Numbered from the stretch's first letter, positions 1 to 9,808 are shown. The stretch: DNA of 64,000 nt from Myxococcota bacterium (GCA_965247115.1 CBDFGR010000003.1:1216001-1280000), one strand, 5' to 3'. Notes: a model not told the origin generated them from the letters alone. Program-made: numbers and translations.

Positions 1-96
1 GACCTCTATCTCGCGCAGCGAGAGCGTCAAGCGCGGCTGGAACGGCCGCAGCTCCGCGACCTGCGCGCACGAATCCAACGAGAACTCACGAAGTAA
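1..96 (+). CDS. 3' end of a hypothetical (prophage) protein, truncated by the window edge
   Basis: Open frame 1 ending in TAA at 94-96, followed by SD AAGGAG for the next gene. Confidence 0.5.
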   Translation, partial: DLYLAQRERQARLERPQLRDLRARIQRELTK

Positions 97-108
97 AGGA
101 GAGATGCC

Positions 109-906
109 GTGAGCATGTTAGATCAGGTCACCACAGGGAGAACGATCCGGCCCCCGCGGATCGTCATTCATGGCAGAGGAGGAGTCGGCAAGACGACCTT
201 CGGCGCGAGTACGCCGAATCCGATCTTCCTGCCCGCAGAAGAGGGACTCGGCACGCTCGACGTGCCTCATGTTCCCATTCCCACGAGCTACGCCGAGATC
301 CTCGAGACGATCACGGATCTGCAACGTCAGGAGCACGTCTACCGAACCCTCGTCATCGACACGATCGACCACGTCGAGCCTCTCGTCTGGGAGGAGACGT
401 GTCGTCGCATGTCCGAGGGGGGGCGGAAGACGTACGAGCACGTCGAGGATTTTGGGTATCAGAAGGGCTACCTGTTCGCCGATCGCGAGTGGACGCAGCT
501 CTTTCACGCGCTGGACGCGATCCGACGCGACCCCGGCATGATGATCGTCGTGCTCTCCCACAACGAGAGCAAGACGTTCGAAGATCCGGTGATCGGTCCC
601 TACGACCGCGTCACTCCGAAGCTCCACAAGCGAGCGAACGCGCTGCTCTACGAGTGGGCCGACATCGTCGGCTACCTGGAGATCCAGCGAGCCACGATCG
701 AGAAGGAGGGCGCGAAGAGTCGGAAGGTGCGCACCAGCGCCACAACCGGCACGCGCGAGCTCTTTCTCGAAGACACCGGAGCCTTCATCGCGAAGAACCG
801 CTACGGGCTTCCGATCCGCATCGAGGTGCCCCAGGCCAACCCCTACACCCCGCTCCGCGAAGCGCTGAAGTCGGCGCTCGGAGTCCAGAAGCAGGAGGCC
901 GCGTAA
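109..906 (+). CDS. AAA_24 / Sak4-like phage ATPase (single-strand annealing recombinase family)
   Basis: Walker A GRGGVGKTT, Walker B LVIDTID, C-terminal AKNRYGLP motif. Confidence 0.85.
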   Translation: MSMLDQVTTGRTIRPPRIVIHGRGGVGKTTFGASTPNPIFLPAEEGLGTLDVPHVPIPTSYAEILETITDLQRQEHVYRTLVIDTIDHVEPLVWEETCRRMSEGGRKTYEHVEDFGYQKGYLFADREWTQLFHALDAIRRDPGMMIVVLSHNESKTFEDPVIGPYDRVTPKLHKRANALLYEWADIVGYLEIQRATIEKEGAKSRKVRTSATTGTRELFLEDTGAFIAKNRYGLPIRIEVPQANPYTPLREALKSALGVQKQEAA

Positions 907-1410
907 ATGCCGCGGATCGGAGCAGCGTTACACGATGTAGAGGACGACGACATGCCGAGAGACAGTTGGATCGCCCTCGAGTCCGGTGACTACCCGTTTA
1001 TGATCACCGACACCGAGTACAAGAGCACCAAGGCCGGGAACGGGATGTGCCTGCACGTCACGTTGCATTGTATCCACCCGGATCACTCTCGAGTGGAACT
1101 GCGAGATTTCCTGACGCTCGAGCATCCCAATCCAGACACGGTTCGGATCGCAAAGGGTCGCCTGAAGCAGATCGGACTGGCCTGCAAAGTCAAGAACCCC
1201 GACTTCATCCAGGACAGCGAGGAGCTCCACAACATCCCGTTCCTCGCCAGCGTCTCGAAGGAAGAGGCACAGGATCCAAAGTACGGGGATGTGGACGGCT
1301 ACGAGAACCGGATTGCCAAGTACAAGCAGATCGACGGCAACGCCCCGATGTCCGAGCCACTGCCAGAGCAGTCGCAGCCTACTCAGGCCTCCGGCGACCT
1401 CCCCTTCTGA
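907..1410 (+). CDS. DUF669-like phage protein (putative ssDNA-binding protein)
   Basis: GDY..I...EYKSTKAGNG pattern, acidic tail ending DLPF as in SSBs, follows the Sak4-like gene. Confidence 0.75.
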   Translation: MPRIGAALHDVEDDDMPRDSWIALESGDYPFMITDTEYKSTKAGNGMCLHVTLHCIHPDHSRVELRDFLTLEHPNPDTVRIAKGRLKQIGLACKVKNPDFIQDSEELHNIPFLASVSKEEAQDPKYGDVDGYENRIAKYKQIDGNAPMSEPLPEQSQPTQASGDLPF

Positions 1411-2144
1411 TGGCCGAGCTCCCCCGCATCCGGAGTCCGCAGCCCCAGATCGCCAACCGGATCTTCCGGGCACTCGAGAGGCGGGAGGCCGATCGTCCGC
1501 GGAGCGGAAACCTCACCATGAGCGGCATCGGAGAGTGCGCGCGCCACCTCTGGGCCGAGCGAAACGAGCACTCGACGCCGAAATCCAGGCCGGGCCGGGT
1601 GCTCGCGATCTTCGAGTACGGAAACGCGACCGAGTCCCATGTGATCGGGCTCCTCCGCCTCGCGGACTACCTGATCGGCGCGGAGCAGCGTCGCGTCACC
1701 TGTGATCTCGGCGATGGACTCACACTGCGCGGCCGGATCGACGGAACGATCCTCCTCGGCAAGAAATATTCCGAACGGCTGGAGGCGCTGCTCGAGGTGA
1801 AAAGTGCGAAGGCGTCGCAGTTCGAGGAGTGCAAGGCGAAGGGCTACGAGAAGTGGAATCCGAAGTACGCGGACCAGCTCCAGATGTACATGGGCGCGGG
1901 AGGCTTCCACATCGCCATTGCCTTCGTGTATTGCAAGGACATCTCCGAGCCCTACCCGGAGAAGATCCGCTTCGAGCCGGAGCGCTACGAGGCCCTGAAG
2001 GCGAAGGCACGTCTGATTCTCACCTCCGAGGAGCCACCCAAGCGCCCCGACGAGGCGACATCGCAGTACTGCGCCTTCTGCAAGTGGTGCGACTCGAACG
2101 AATGGTGCTGGTCGCCTGTGGCGGAGACGCGATTCGACGACTGA
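1410..2144 (+). CDS. Cas4-like PD-(D/E)XK exonuclease (phage type)
   Basis: ATG overlaps upstream TGA; GRIDG...LEVKS...QLQMY RecB-like motifs; N-terminal Cys plus C-terminal Cys cluster CAFCKWCDSNEWC. Confidence 0.8.
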   Translation: MAELPRIRSPQPQIANRIFRALERREADRPRSGNLTMSGIGECARHLWAERNEHSTPKSRPGRVLAIFEYGNATESHVIGLLRLADYLIGAEQRRVTCDLGDGLTLRGRIDGTILLGKKYSERLEALLEVKSAKASQFEECKAKGYEKWNPKYADQLQMYMGAGGFHIAIAFVYCKDISEPYPEKIRFEPERYEALKAKARLILTSEEPPKRPDEATSQYCAFCKWCDSNEWCWSPVAETRFDD

Positions 2145-2145
2145 C

Positions 2146-3369
2146 ATGACGGACCTCGACCTTCGCCTCATCTTCTCTTCCGAACCGGACCTTGCCCATG
2201 CCATGGTGGCGCTCATGGGGGAACTTCCCGGACGAGTGATGGAGGTCGATTGGCGGGATGCGAAGGATGGCCTCCCGCGGTTCTACCTGGACTTCGGACG
2301 CCGCCGCGTCTACACGATCCCACTCCCAGAGGGAGGGGGGATCCCGCTAACCAGCCGGGAGATGGCGCAGAAGCTCTTGGACGCCATCCACCTACAGATG
2401 GCCGCGGGGCACTCGCTGGACAACCTGCTGGCCAAGTACCGACCCCGGTCTGCCGTGAATCGCATCGACCGCCGAGCCAACCAGTGGCTCCGCAAACTCG
2501 AGGAGCAAGCGGCGTCGGGGGAGCGTTCTCCCGGCTACATCCGGTTGGTCCGGGGCTACCTCCGAGGCCCCTTCTCCTACCTGGCGAACCGGACCGTCAC
2601 CGAGCTCTCCTACGGAGTGCTCGAGGACTGGAACCTCTGGATGGCGAGCGAGCTCGGGCTCTCGCCTAAGACGCGCCGCAACGTGCTCGGAGCCCTACGC
2701 GCACTTCTCGGATGGCTCCAAGAGCGCAAGGAACTGCGCGACGTGCCCAAGTTTCCGACGGTGGCTCGGGTCGAATACGCTCCGACCATCATCTCTCCGA
2801 AAACGCAGCAGGCCATCCTCGACGAGATCCCGTACGAGAGACGAGGGATCTTCCTCGCAATGGCCCGGACCGGAATCCGGCCAGGAAGCGCGCGCGCGCT
2901 CGACGTGTCGGACTGGCGCGACGGCTGGCTAATGGTCTCTAAGGCCGCGAAGGGAGGGAACGCCACCGCAGAGATCCGGGGCACGAAGACGGGGAAGATC
3001 CACCGGCTTCCCATCCGAGAGATCGCGCCGGACCTGGAGGAGTGGCTGGTCATACACACCCACCCCGCTGATCGGGACAGCGGGAAGACGCCTCTATTCC
3101 TGAATCCCTACGCGCACAACCGAGAGAGACGATGGCTCCTGTCCGCCCTCGAGCGGAACTGGGCCACGGCGTGCAAGGTGGTAGGGGTAAAGGTGAGTCT
3201 CTACGAAGGAACGAAGCATTCGCTCGGCACGGCGCTGATTGCCGACGGCGTCGATGAGAGGATCGTACAGAAGCTATTCGGCCACGCGGATATCCGATCC
3301 ACGCGCATGTACACAGTGCTCTCCGACCAGGGGATGATCGACGCGCTGCGCGGGCGGGGAGATTCGTGA
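2146..3369 (+). CDS. Tyrosine recombinase / phage integrase
   Basis: TGIRPGS box I, GTKTG, LFGHADIRSTRMY box II; adjacent to a tRNA. Confidence 0.9.
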   Translation: MTDLDLRLIFSSEPDLAHAMVALMGELPGRVMEVDWRDAKDGLPRFYLDFGRRRVYTIPLPEGGGIPLTSREMAQKLLDAIHLQMAAGHSLDNLLAKYRPRSAVNRIDRRANQWLRKLEEQAASGERSPGYIRLVRGYLRGPFSYLANRTVTELSYGVLEDWNLWMASELGLSPKTRRNVLGALRALLGWLQERKELRDVPKFPTVARVEYAPTIISPKTQQAILDEIPYERRGIFLAMARTGIRPGSARALDVSDWRDGWLMVSKAAKGGNATAEIRGTKTGKIHRLPIREIAPDLEEWLVIHTHPADRDSGKTPLFLNPYAHNRERRWLLSALERNWATACKVVGVKVSLYEGTKHSLGTALIADGVDERIVQKLFGHADIRSTRMYTVLSDQGMIDALRGRGDS

Positions 3370-3445
3370 TGTGTCCCAAGGTATCCTCGGTGTATCCTCG
3401 GGAATCGAGACGACTGAAAACACTAGTCGTTTCGGCCACTTTCGG

Positions 3446-3527
3446 TGCCGGGGACAGGACTCGAACCTGCACGCCTTGCGGCAATGGCTCCTAAGGCCAC
3501 CGCGTCTGCCAATTCCGCCACCCCGGC
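3446..3527 (-). tRNA. tRNA-Leu (anticodon TAG)
   Basis: Minus strand GCCGGGGTGGCGGAATTGGCAGACGCG-GTGGC-CTTAGGA-GCCAT, long variable arm, GGTTCGAGTCC, CCCCGGCA; CCA not encoded (CCG follows). Confidence 0.95.
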
Positions 3528-3544
3528 GAAGGGAGCGAGGGTAG

Positions 3545-3586
3545 CAAAAGGGGGAATCCCGACGGCGGGCTCTATCGGGGTCCCCG
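3545..3586 (-). terminator. Probable intrinsic terminator after the sigma-54 regulator gene
   Basis: GGGGACCCCGA...TCGGGATTCCCC hairpin followed by CTTTT on the minus strand. Confidence 0.5.
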
Positions 3587-3649
3587 TGCGGTGCGTGGTC
3601 CGGAGTCCGGGGAGAGAGTTGTGGTCAGCCGATCCCGCGCATCTTCGCG

Positions 3650-5050
3650 TTAACGCGCGTCTTCGCTCCAGTCGTCGGAGCGGAGGTCGAGCTCGCGAAT
3701 CTTCTGCTGCAGGCTCTGGCGCACCATCCCGATGGACTCCGCGGTGCGCGAGACGTTCCCGTCGTGCTCGCGCAAGGCGCGGATCAGGTACTGACGCTCG
3801 AAGCCCTCGACCATCTGCTTCTTGGCGTCGCGGAACGACATTTCAAGCGAAATGCCGGCATCGCCTCCTGAATCGCCCCCGGACGGGTCCAGGTCCAGGT
3901 CATCCACCCCAATGGTCTCTCCCGAGGACAGGACGGCCGCCCGCTCGATCGTGTTGCGCAGCTCGCGGACGTTGCCGCGCCAGGGGTGGCGGACCAGGTC
4001 GGCGAGCGCATCCGGATCGATGCTCTTCTTGTCGCGCCCGAGACGTTCGGCCACCTGCGAGAGGAAGCGCTCGACCAGCGCCGGGATGTCCTCCGCGCGA
4101 TCCCGTAGCGGGGGCAGCGTGACCTCGACGACCTTCAGTCGGTAGTACAGGTCCTCGCGAAAACGGCCCTCCTTCACCTCGGTCTCGAGGTCGCGGTGGG
4201 TCGCGGCCACGACCCGAACGTCGACCTCGATCGGCGCGTTGCCACCGACGCGCTCGAAGGCGCGCTCCTGCAGCACGCGCAAGACCTTGGCCTGCGTCTC
4301 CTGTGCCATATCTCCGATCTCGTCGAGGAAGATCGTTCCGTCGTTCGCCGCCTCGAACTTGCCGACCCGACGCGCATCGGCTCCCGTGAAGGCACCCTTC
4401 TCATGTCCGAATAGCTCGCTCTCGATCAGCTCACGGCTGATCGCCGCGCAGTTCACGGCCACGAAGGGACGATTCTTGCGCGAGCTCCGCTGGTGGAGCG
4501 CCTGCGCGACCAGCTCCTTGCCCGTCCCGCTGTCACCGCGCACGAGCACGCTCAGATCGGTCTCCGCGACCTTCTGGATCATCTCGAAGATCTGGCGCAT
4601 GGCGGGACCCGAGCCAATCAGGTTCTCGAAGCTGTACTCGCGCTCGACGCGCTCGAGCAGCATGCGGTGCTCGCGCTGCAGCCGTGTCCGTTCGAGCGCC
4701 CTCGACACCACCACGCGCAGCTCTTCGTTGTCGAAGGGCTTGGGGACGTAGTCCTCCGCCCCCTCCTGCATCGCCTCCACCGCGATCTTCTCGGAGCCGT
4801 GCGCCGTGATCATGACGACCGCCGTCTCCGCGCGACGCTGCTTCGACGCGCGCAGCACGTCCATGCCCGTCGAGCCGCGACCGAGCGAGAGGTCCGTCAG
4901 GATCAGGTCGTAGGTCGTGTCCGCCAGCTTTCGCTGCGCCATCTCGCCGTCGTCGGCGAGCTCGACCTCGTACCCATCCCGTCGCAGCAGTCCACGCAAC
5001 GCCAGCTGGATGCCCTTCTCGTCCTCGACGATCAGGATGCGAGGCTTCAT
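3650..5050 (-). CDS. Sigma-54-dependent response regulator (NtrC/AtoC family)
   Basis: REC domain, GDSGTGKE, GAFTGA, FLDEIG, Fis-type HTH. Confidence 0.95.
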   Translation of the reverse strand: MKPRILIVEDEKGIQLALRGLLRRDGYEVELADDGEMAQRKLADTTYDLILTDLSLGRGSTGMDVLRASKQRRAETAVVMITAHGSEKIAVEAMQEGAEDYVPKPFDNEELRVVVSRALERTRLQREHRMLLERVEREYSFENLIGSGPAMRQIFEMIQKVAETDLSVLVRGDSGTGKELVAQALHQRSSRKNRPFVAVNCAAISRELIESELFGHEKGAFTGADARRVGKFEAANDGTIFLDEIGDMAQETQAKVLRVLQERAFERVGGNAPIEVDVRVVAATHRDLETEVKEGRFREDLYYRLKVVEVTLPPLRDRAEDIPALVERFLSQVAERLGRDKKSIDPDALADLVRHPWRGNVRELRNTIERAAVLSSGETIGVDDLDLDPSGGDSGGDAGISLEMSFRDAKKQMVEGFERQYLIRALREHDGNVSRTAESIGMVRQSLQQKIRELDLRSDDWSEDAR

Positions 5051-6207
5051 GCACTCACCTCAGCGCCCGCTTGCTTGGGGAACGTCAGCACGAACTCCGT
5101 TCCCTGACCGGGCGTCGAGTGAAGCTCGACACGACCGTTGTGCGCGTCGACGAGCTTTCGCGTGATCGCCAGGCCGAGCCCGGTGCCGTTGGACTTCGAC
5201 GTGTAGAACGGGCGGAAGATCTTCTTCTGCGTCTCGGGGTCCATGCCGCCGCCGTTGTCCCTGATCCGGACCCAGACCGCTGTGCCTGCCAGGTTCTCGC
5301 CGAGGGCGACCTCGAGGTTTGGATCCTCGGTCCCCACCTCCTGGAACGCGTCGAGCGCGTTGCCCACCAGGTTGATGAGCACGCGTCGGAGCTTCTCGGG
5401 ATCCCCCTCCATCGAGCCCTCGCAATCCACCTCCAGCGTAAGCTTGACCGCGGCGCTGTCGATCCGATCGCGCAGGGTGTCGAGCGCGCTCTCCAGCACC
5501 TCCTGGAGTTGCATCTCGCGCACGTCCATCGCCTCCTCACGCGCGTATCGGAGCAGGTGCGAGATCGACCGCTCCACCCGGTCGAGCTCCTTCAGGGCGA
5601 CCTGGGCGTACTCCACGTTGTCCGTTGAGCCAGGGTCCTCGCCCAGCTGCTGCACCAGGCTCTTGGCGGCCGTGATCGGGTTGCGGATCTCGTGCGCGAT
5701 CGAGGCCGAGAGCTCCTCGAGCGAGCGCAGATTCTCTCCCTCCAGCGCACGGCGCTCCCGCGTCACAGAGCGTGCCACCTGCGCGTCCACCTCCGAGCTC
5801 ACCCACTTGCGCCGCAGGTCTGGCGCGACGATGGCCTGAAAGAAATGCGAAGCCAGGCCGATTCCCCAGGCCAACCCGACGATCGTCGAGGCGACCCTCC
5901 CGGCCACGAAGAAGAGGAAGAAGCAGACGAAGAAATACGTCACAAAGTGCTGAACGAACTTGATCTTTCGCTCCGCGTTTCGTCTCGCCTCCTGGTAGGC
6001 CTGCTCCTCCGGCGTCAGCTGCTTTTCGGGCCGGCGTCTCCGGCTCCGCGAGCGGCGCTGTGAGCTTCCCACCTGGTGAGCCACCTTACGGGCCAGCCGC
6101 TGGGCGTCCCGTTCTGCCCGGAGTGACGCGCGCCGCGATTTGGCTGCCCGCTCGCGCTCGCTCGCGCGTCTCTTCCTCCCGTGAAGCTCGTCCCAGGTAT
6201 CGGACAT
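5047..6207 (-). CDS. Sensor histidine kinase with a 2TM-type membrane domain
   Basis: AHEIRNP H-box, N/G boxes (NLVGNALDA, DNGGG, GTGLGL); two TM helices with WGIGL..H; start MSDTWDE chosen. Confidence 0.9.
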   Translation of the reverse strand: MSDTWDELHGRKRRASERERAAKSRRASLRAERDAQRLARKVAHQVGSSQRRSRSRRRRPEKQLTPEEQAYQEARRNAERKIKFVQHFVTYFFVCFFLFFVAGRVASTIVGLAWGIGLASHFFQAIVAPDLRRKWVSSEVDAQVARSVTRERRALEGENLRSLEELSASIAHEIRNPITAAKSLVQQLGEDPGSTDNVEYAQVALKELDRVERSISHLLRYAREEAMDVREMQLQEVLESALDTLRDRIDSAAVKLTLEVDCEGSMEGDPEKLRRVLINLVGNALDAFQEVGTEDPNLEVALGENLAGTAVWVRIRDNGGGMDPETQKKIFRPFYTSKSNGTGLGLAITRKLVDAHNGRVELHSTPGQGTEFVLTFPKQAGAEVSA

Positions 6208-6405
6208 CGAGTTCTCCCCGAACAGACCGGCCCAGCGGCAGAAGCGATCTTGCCGGGACTCTTGGATTGTAGACGACACCTTCACGCAAGTGGAGACCAG
6301 CAAGCTCCATGCCGTCGTGCGAGCTCTTCAAGATCAGCAGCTTACGCGGGGCTCCTGACCGGCGCCGCAGCTCGCAGCAGTCAGGCGCAGCCAGCTCGCT
6401 GCACC

Positions 6406-7548
6406 CTAGGGGGCCTCGTTCGACATCACGACGGTCCCGCTGGCGGCGAACATTCCGCCGACGCCGTGGGCGATCGAGATCCGGGCCCCAGGCACCTGCG
6501 CGGCGGCAGTGCCGCGTAGCTGGCGCACGCTCTCCTGTAAGGCGTACATGCCGTACTGGCCCGAGTGCATGAAGCTGAGCCCACCGCCGTTCGTGTTCAA
6601 CGGGAGCTTGCCACCTGGCGCCGTGTTCCGTTCCCAGATGAACTTGCCGGCCTCCCCCCTGGCCACGAAACCCAGGTCCTCGAGCCCGTAGATCGGCAAG
6701 TGCGCGAAGGCATCGTAGATCATCAGGTGATCGACATCCTCTGTGGTGATCGCGGCCTCGTCGAAGGCCTTCTTGCCCGACACCCGGAACGCCTTGGAGG
6801 TCGTGAAGTCCTCCATCTGGCTGACCATCGGTGTCTCGACGCTCTCACCGGTCCCCAGGACATAGACGGGGCGGCTCGGGAAGTCCCTGGCACGTTCGGC
6901 ACTTGTCAGGATCAGGGCGCCGCCACCGTCGGTAACCAGGCAGCATTCGAGCAGGTGAAACGGGTACGCGATCATCCGCGACTCCAGCACGTCGTCGACG
7001 CTGATGGGGTCCCTGTACGAGGCGCGCGGGTTGTGCCCTGCCCACTCGCGCTGGATCACGGCCACCATCGCGAGTTCCTCGTGACTCAATCCGAACGCCT
7101 TCATGTAGCGCAGGACCGGAAGGGTGAAGAGCGTGGTGGGGCCGATCGGACCGTACGGAGCTTCGAACTGGCCGGACAGACTGGCCGGGGATCCGCCGAA
7201 GCCCCCACGGCCCACCCGGGAGCGTCCGCTCTCGCCGTGCGTGATGAGCACGGTGGTGCAGAGCCCATCGTTGATGGCGGCTGCGGCGTGGCGCACGTGG
7301 AGCATGAAGGAGCAGCCTCCGACAGACGTGCTGTCCACCCACGTCGGTGTGATCCCCAGATAGTGGGCGATCGCGGTGGGCGATTCTCCAGACGTCGCGA
7401 CGCCGTCGATGTCCTTCGCTGTGAGCCCCGCATCGGCGAAGGTATTGAGGGCTGCGTCGGCGTGGAGCTGGATCTGGAAGCTGTCGGGGATCACGCCCAG
7501 CTCGGTGGTCTCTGCCGCACCCACGATGGCGATGCTCTTCGGCCTCAT
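6406..7548 (-). CDS. SCP-x-type thiolase-like protein
   Basis: GGCS, CCLVTDGGGA, YDAF, NTNGGGLS..H motifs. Confidence 0.9.
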   Translation of the reverse strand: MRPKSIAIVGAAETTELGVIPDSFQIQLHADAALNTFADAGLTAKDIDGVATSGESPTAIAHYLGITPTWVDSTSVGGCSFMLHVRHAAAAINDGLCTTVLITHGESGRSRVGRGGFGGSPASLSGQFEAPYGPIGPTTLFTLPVLRYMKAFGLSHEELAMVAVIQREWAGHNPRASYRDPISVDDVLESRMIAYPFHLLECCLVTDGGGALILTSAERARDFPSRPVYVLGTGESVETPMVSQMEDFTTSKAFRVSGKKAFDEAAITTEDVDHLMIYDAFAHLPIYGLEDLGFVARGEAGKFIWERNTAPGGKLPLNTNGGGLSFMHSGQYGMYALQESVRQLRGTAAAQVPGARISIAHGVGGMFAASGTVVMSNEAP

Positions 7549-7549
7549 C

Positions 7550-7978
7550 TCAGGCCTCCAACGGGCGAAAGTGGGGTAGCGAGATGGTGTCGTCCATCTC
7601 GGTGAAGACCACTTCCAGCGGCATGTCGAGGATCAGGGCCTCCGGGGTCTGCGGGCTGTCGACGATGTTCGTCATCATCCGCGGCCCCTCCTCGAGCTCC
7701 ACCACCGCGATGGCGTAGGGCCCGTCGAAACCTGGTGCGGGGCGGTGGTTGATCACATAGCTGTAGAGCGTCCCCTTCCCGCTCGCCAGGAAGACCGAGA
7801 CGGAGCGCGAGCCACAGTCGCGGCAGAAGGGCCGCGGCGGGAAATAGACCTGCTCGCATTTGTCACAGCGTTGCAGACGCAGCTCACCTGCTCTCGTGCC
7901 CTCCCAGAAGTGCTCGGTCTCGGGAGTCGGAACGGGAAGGGCTCTGCGGGGCTTCGCTGACGCCACGGATACCTCCAA
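7550..7978 (-). CDS. DUF35 Zn-ribbon/OB-fold protein (thiolase partner)
   Basis: CxxC...CxxC, G.LYSY, VELEEGPRMMTNI. Confidence 0.9.
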   Translation of the reverse strand: MEVSVASAKPRRALPVPTPETEHFWEGTRAGELRLQRCDKCEQVYFPPRPFCRDCGSRSVSVFLASGKGTLYSYVINHRPAPGFDGPYAIAVVELEEGPRMMTNIVDSPQTPEALILDMPLEVVFTEMDDTISLPHFRPLEA

Positions 7979-8094
7979 TCGAGAATCGAGCGGCGATTAT
8001 ACGGGCAAGCGGAGCCAAGATCTGACCGATCGCGCCTGGCACGGCTCCAGGCTATCCTAGCTCGAACCGAGGTCTAGGTCGGGAAGGGACGCAG

Positions 8095-8406
8095 ATGGAC
8101 TACCACGAGCTTCGAGCTATGACGATCGCGCAGCTGCGAGAGGTTGCCGCAGGCGTGGAAGGGCTCACTGGCTACACACAAATGCGCAAGGAGCAGCTGC
8201 TGGAGACCGTCTGCGAGCGCCTCGGAATCCCGCTTCACGAGCACCACGAAGTGGTCGGGATCAACAAGGCGGCGATCAAAAAACAGATCCGCGCCCTCAA
8301 GGTCCAGCGTGGAGAGGCGCTCGAGAAGCGCGACCACACCGGGCTGAAGCAGGTGCGCCGCCGGCTCCACAAACTCAAGCGGACGCTTCGCCGCGCCACC
8401 GTCTGA
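8095..8406 (+). CDS. Small basic protein with Rho N-terminal-like helical domain
   Basis: L..MTIAQLREVA...GYTQMRKEQL resembles Rho_N; basic coiled-coil C-terminus. Confidence 0.65.
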   Translation: MDYHELRAMTIAQLREVAAGVEGLTGYTQMRKEQLLETVCERLGIPLHEHHEVVGINKAAIKKQIRALKVQRGEALEKRDHTGLKQVRRRLHKLKRTLRRATV

Positions 8407-8538
8407 GCCTTCTGACGCAACAGTCGGGCTGCAGCCCGGCGCCCCTCCTGCGCGCTCGTTGCGCACTGGCTGGTCCAGGGCTAGCAGACTCACCAGGTAG
8501 GGGGTCTTCTTGCGGCGGCACCCGCAGGCGGATGGGAA

Positions 8539-9792
8539 ATGGCCATAATGGGGGCGATGCCGGACCCCAAGGACCGACTGGCTGAGCTCCGAATCGATCG
8601 GGACCCGACCGCTGGCGTGAACCGCCGACCGGCGCTCCTCGCCGCGGCGGCCGGTCTGGTAATCGCGGCAGTAGCAGTCGGCTGGTGGGTGAGCGATCCC
8701 GCTCGGGCCACCGTGCGCACCGCTCCTGTGACGCGCAGCACGGGCGCCGGTGCCGCCGATACGGGCGTGCTCGACGCGTCCGGCTACGTCACCGCGCGCC
8801 TACAGGCAACCATCTCCTCGAAGGTCACCGGCAAGATCGTCGAGGTGCGCGTGGAGGAGGGCATGGCCGTGCAGCAGGGCGACATCCTCGCCCGGCTGGA
8901 CAGCTCGACGGTGGAACGTCAGGTCGAGGTTGCCGTTGCCCAGGTCGAGTCTGCACGCAGCTCGCTAGCCGAGGTCCGGGTGCGGCTCGCCGAGGCAGGG
9001 ATCAACCTGCGCCGTACCCGCGATCTGGTCACCGCCAACGCCAGGAGCCAGTCACATCTCGATGCGGATCAGGCTGCGTCCGACGCTCTCGAAGCTCGGC
9101 TTGCGGTCGGCGAACGGGACCTGGCCGTGGCTGATCGCCTGCTGGCCCTGCGCCGCCAGGAGCTCGAAGACCGGATCATCCGCGCTCCGTTCAGTGGGGT
9201 AGTCGTGACCAAGAACGCCCAGCCAGGCGAGATGATCTCGCCGGTCTCCGCGGGCGGAGGCTTCACGCGCACCGGGATCTGCACGCTCGTTGACATGAGC
9301 TCGCTGGAGATTGAGGTCGACGTGAACGAGGCCTACATCAACCGGGTCACGCCCGGTCAGAAGGTCAGGGCCACGCTAGACGCCTACCCGGACTGGAAGA
9401 TCCCCGCCACGGTCATCACGCCCGTTCCGACGGCGGACAGGCAGAAGGCGACGGTACGCGTGCGCATCGGCTTTGACGAGCTGGACCGCCGCGTTCTGCC
9501 CGACATGGGCATCAAGGTCACGTTCCTCGACAACTCCGGCCCCGACGTTGCAGCCAGTGGTGCGGCCACCGGTCCGGCCCCCCCGCTGATTCCTTCTGCG
9601 GCCGTGCGCGATGACGCCGGTCAGGCGGTCGTCTTCGTGTACTCCGGCGGCTCGCTCGAACGGCGGGCCGTGCGTCTGGGATCTCGCAGAAGCGATCAGG
9701 TGGAGGTCGTGGCCGGTCTCCGGATCGGCGAGCAGGTCGTCGTGGAGGGGCCCGAGGACCTCGACGACGGCGATCACGTAGTCACCCGCTAG
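8539..9792 (+). CDS. Efflux periplasmic adaptor (MFP, MacA/HlyD-like)
   Basis: N-terminal TM, lipoyl half-motifs (V.EG..V..GD.LA), coiled coil, IRAPFSG. Confidence 0.9.
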   Translation: MAIMGAMPDPKDRLAELRIDRDPTAGVNRRPALLAAAAGLVIAAVAVGWWVSDPARATVRTAPVTRSTGAGAADTGVLDASGYVTARLQATISSKVTGKIVEVRVEEGMAVQQGDILARLDSSTVERQVEVAVAQVESARSSLAEVRVRLAEAGINLRRTRDLVTANARSQSHLDADQAASDALEARLAVGERDLAVADRLLALRRQELEDRIIRAPFSGVVVTKNAQPGEMISPVSAGGGFTRTGICTLVDMSSLEIEVDVNEAYINRVTPGQKVRATLDAYPDWKIPATVITPVPTADRQKATVRVRIGFDELDRRVLPDMGIKVTFLDNSGPDVAASGAATGPAPPLIPSAAVRDDAGQAVVFVYSGGSLERRAVRLGSRRSDQVEVVAGLRIGEQVVVEGPEDLDDGDHVVTR

Positions 9793-9808
9793 CAGATCGG
9801 GGATCAAG

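Larger units (their letters stand above)
1..3445. mobile_element. Terminal part of a prophage/integrative element inserted at tRNA-Leu
   Basis: Phage-type recombination genes plus a tyrosine integrase ending 76 bp from the tRNA 3' end. Confidence 0.8.

Noticed and set aside
1047..1409. N-terminal extension of the 365-aa ORF
   Set aside because: Overlaps the DUF669 gene; the ATG at 1410 overlapping the upstream stop is the better start
1410..2144. Cas4 as evidence of a CRISPR-Cas locus
   Set aside because: No cas1/cas2 or array; the context is a phage recombination module
8037..8053. Sigma-54 promoter TGGCACG upstream of the Rho_N-like gene
   Set aside because: The -12 GC is one base out of register and lacks TTGC
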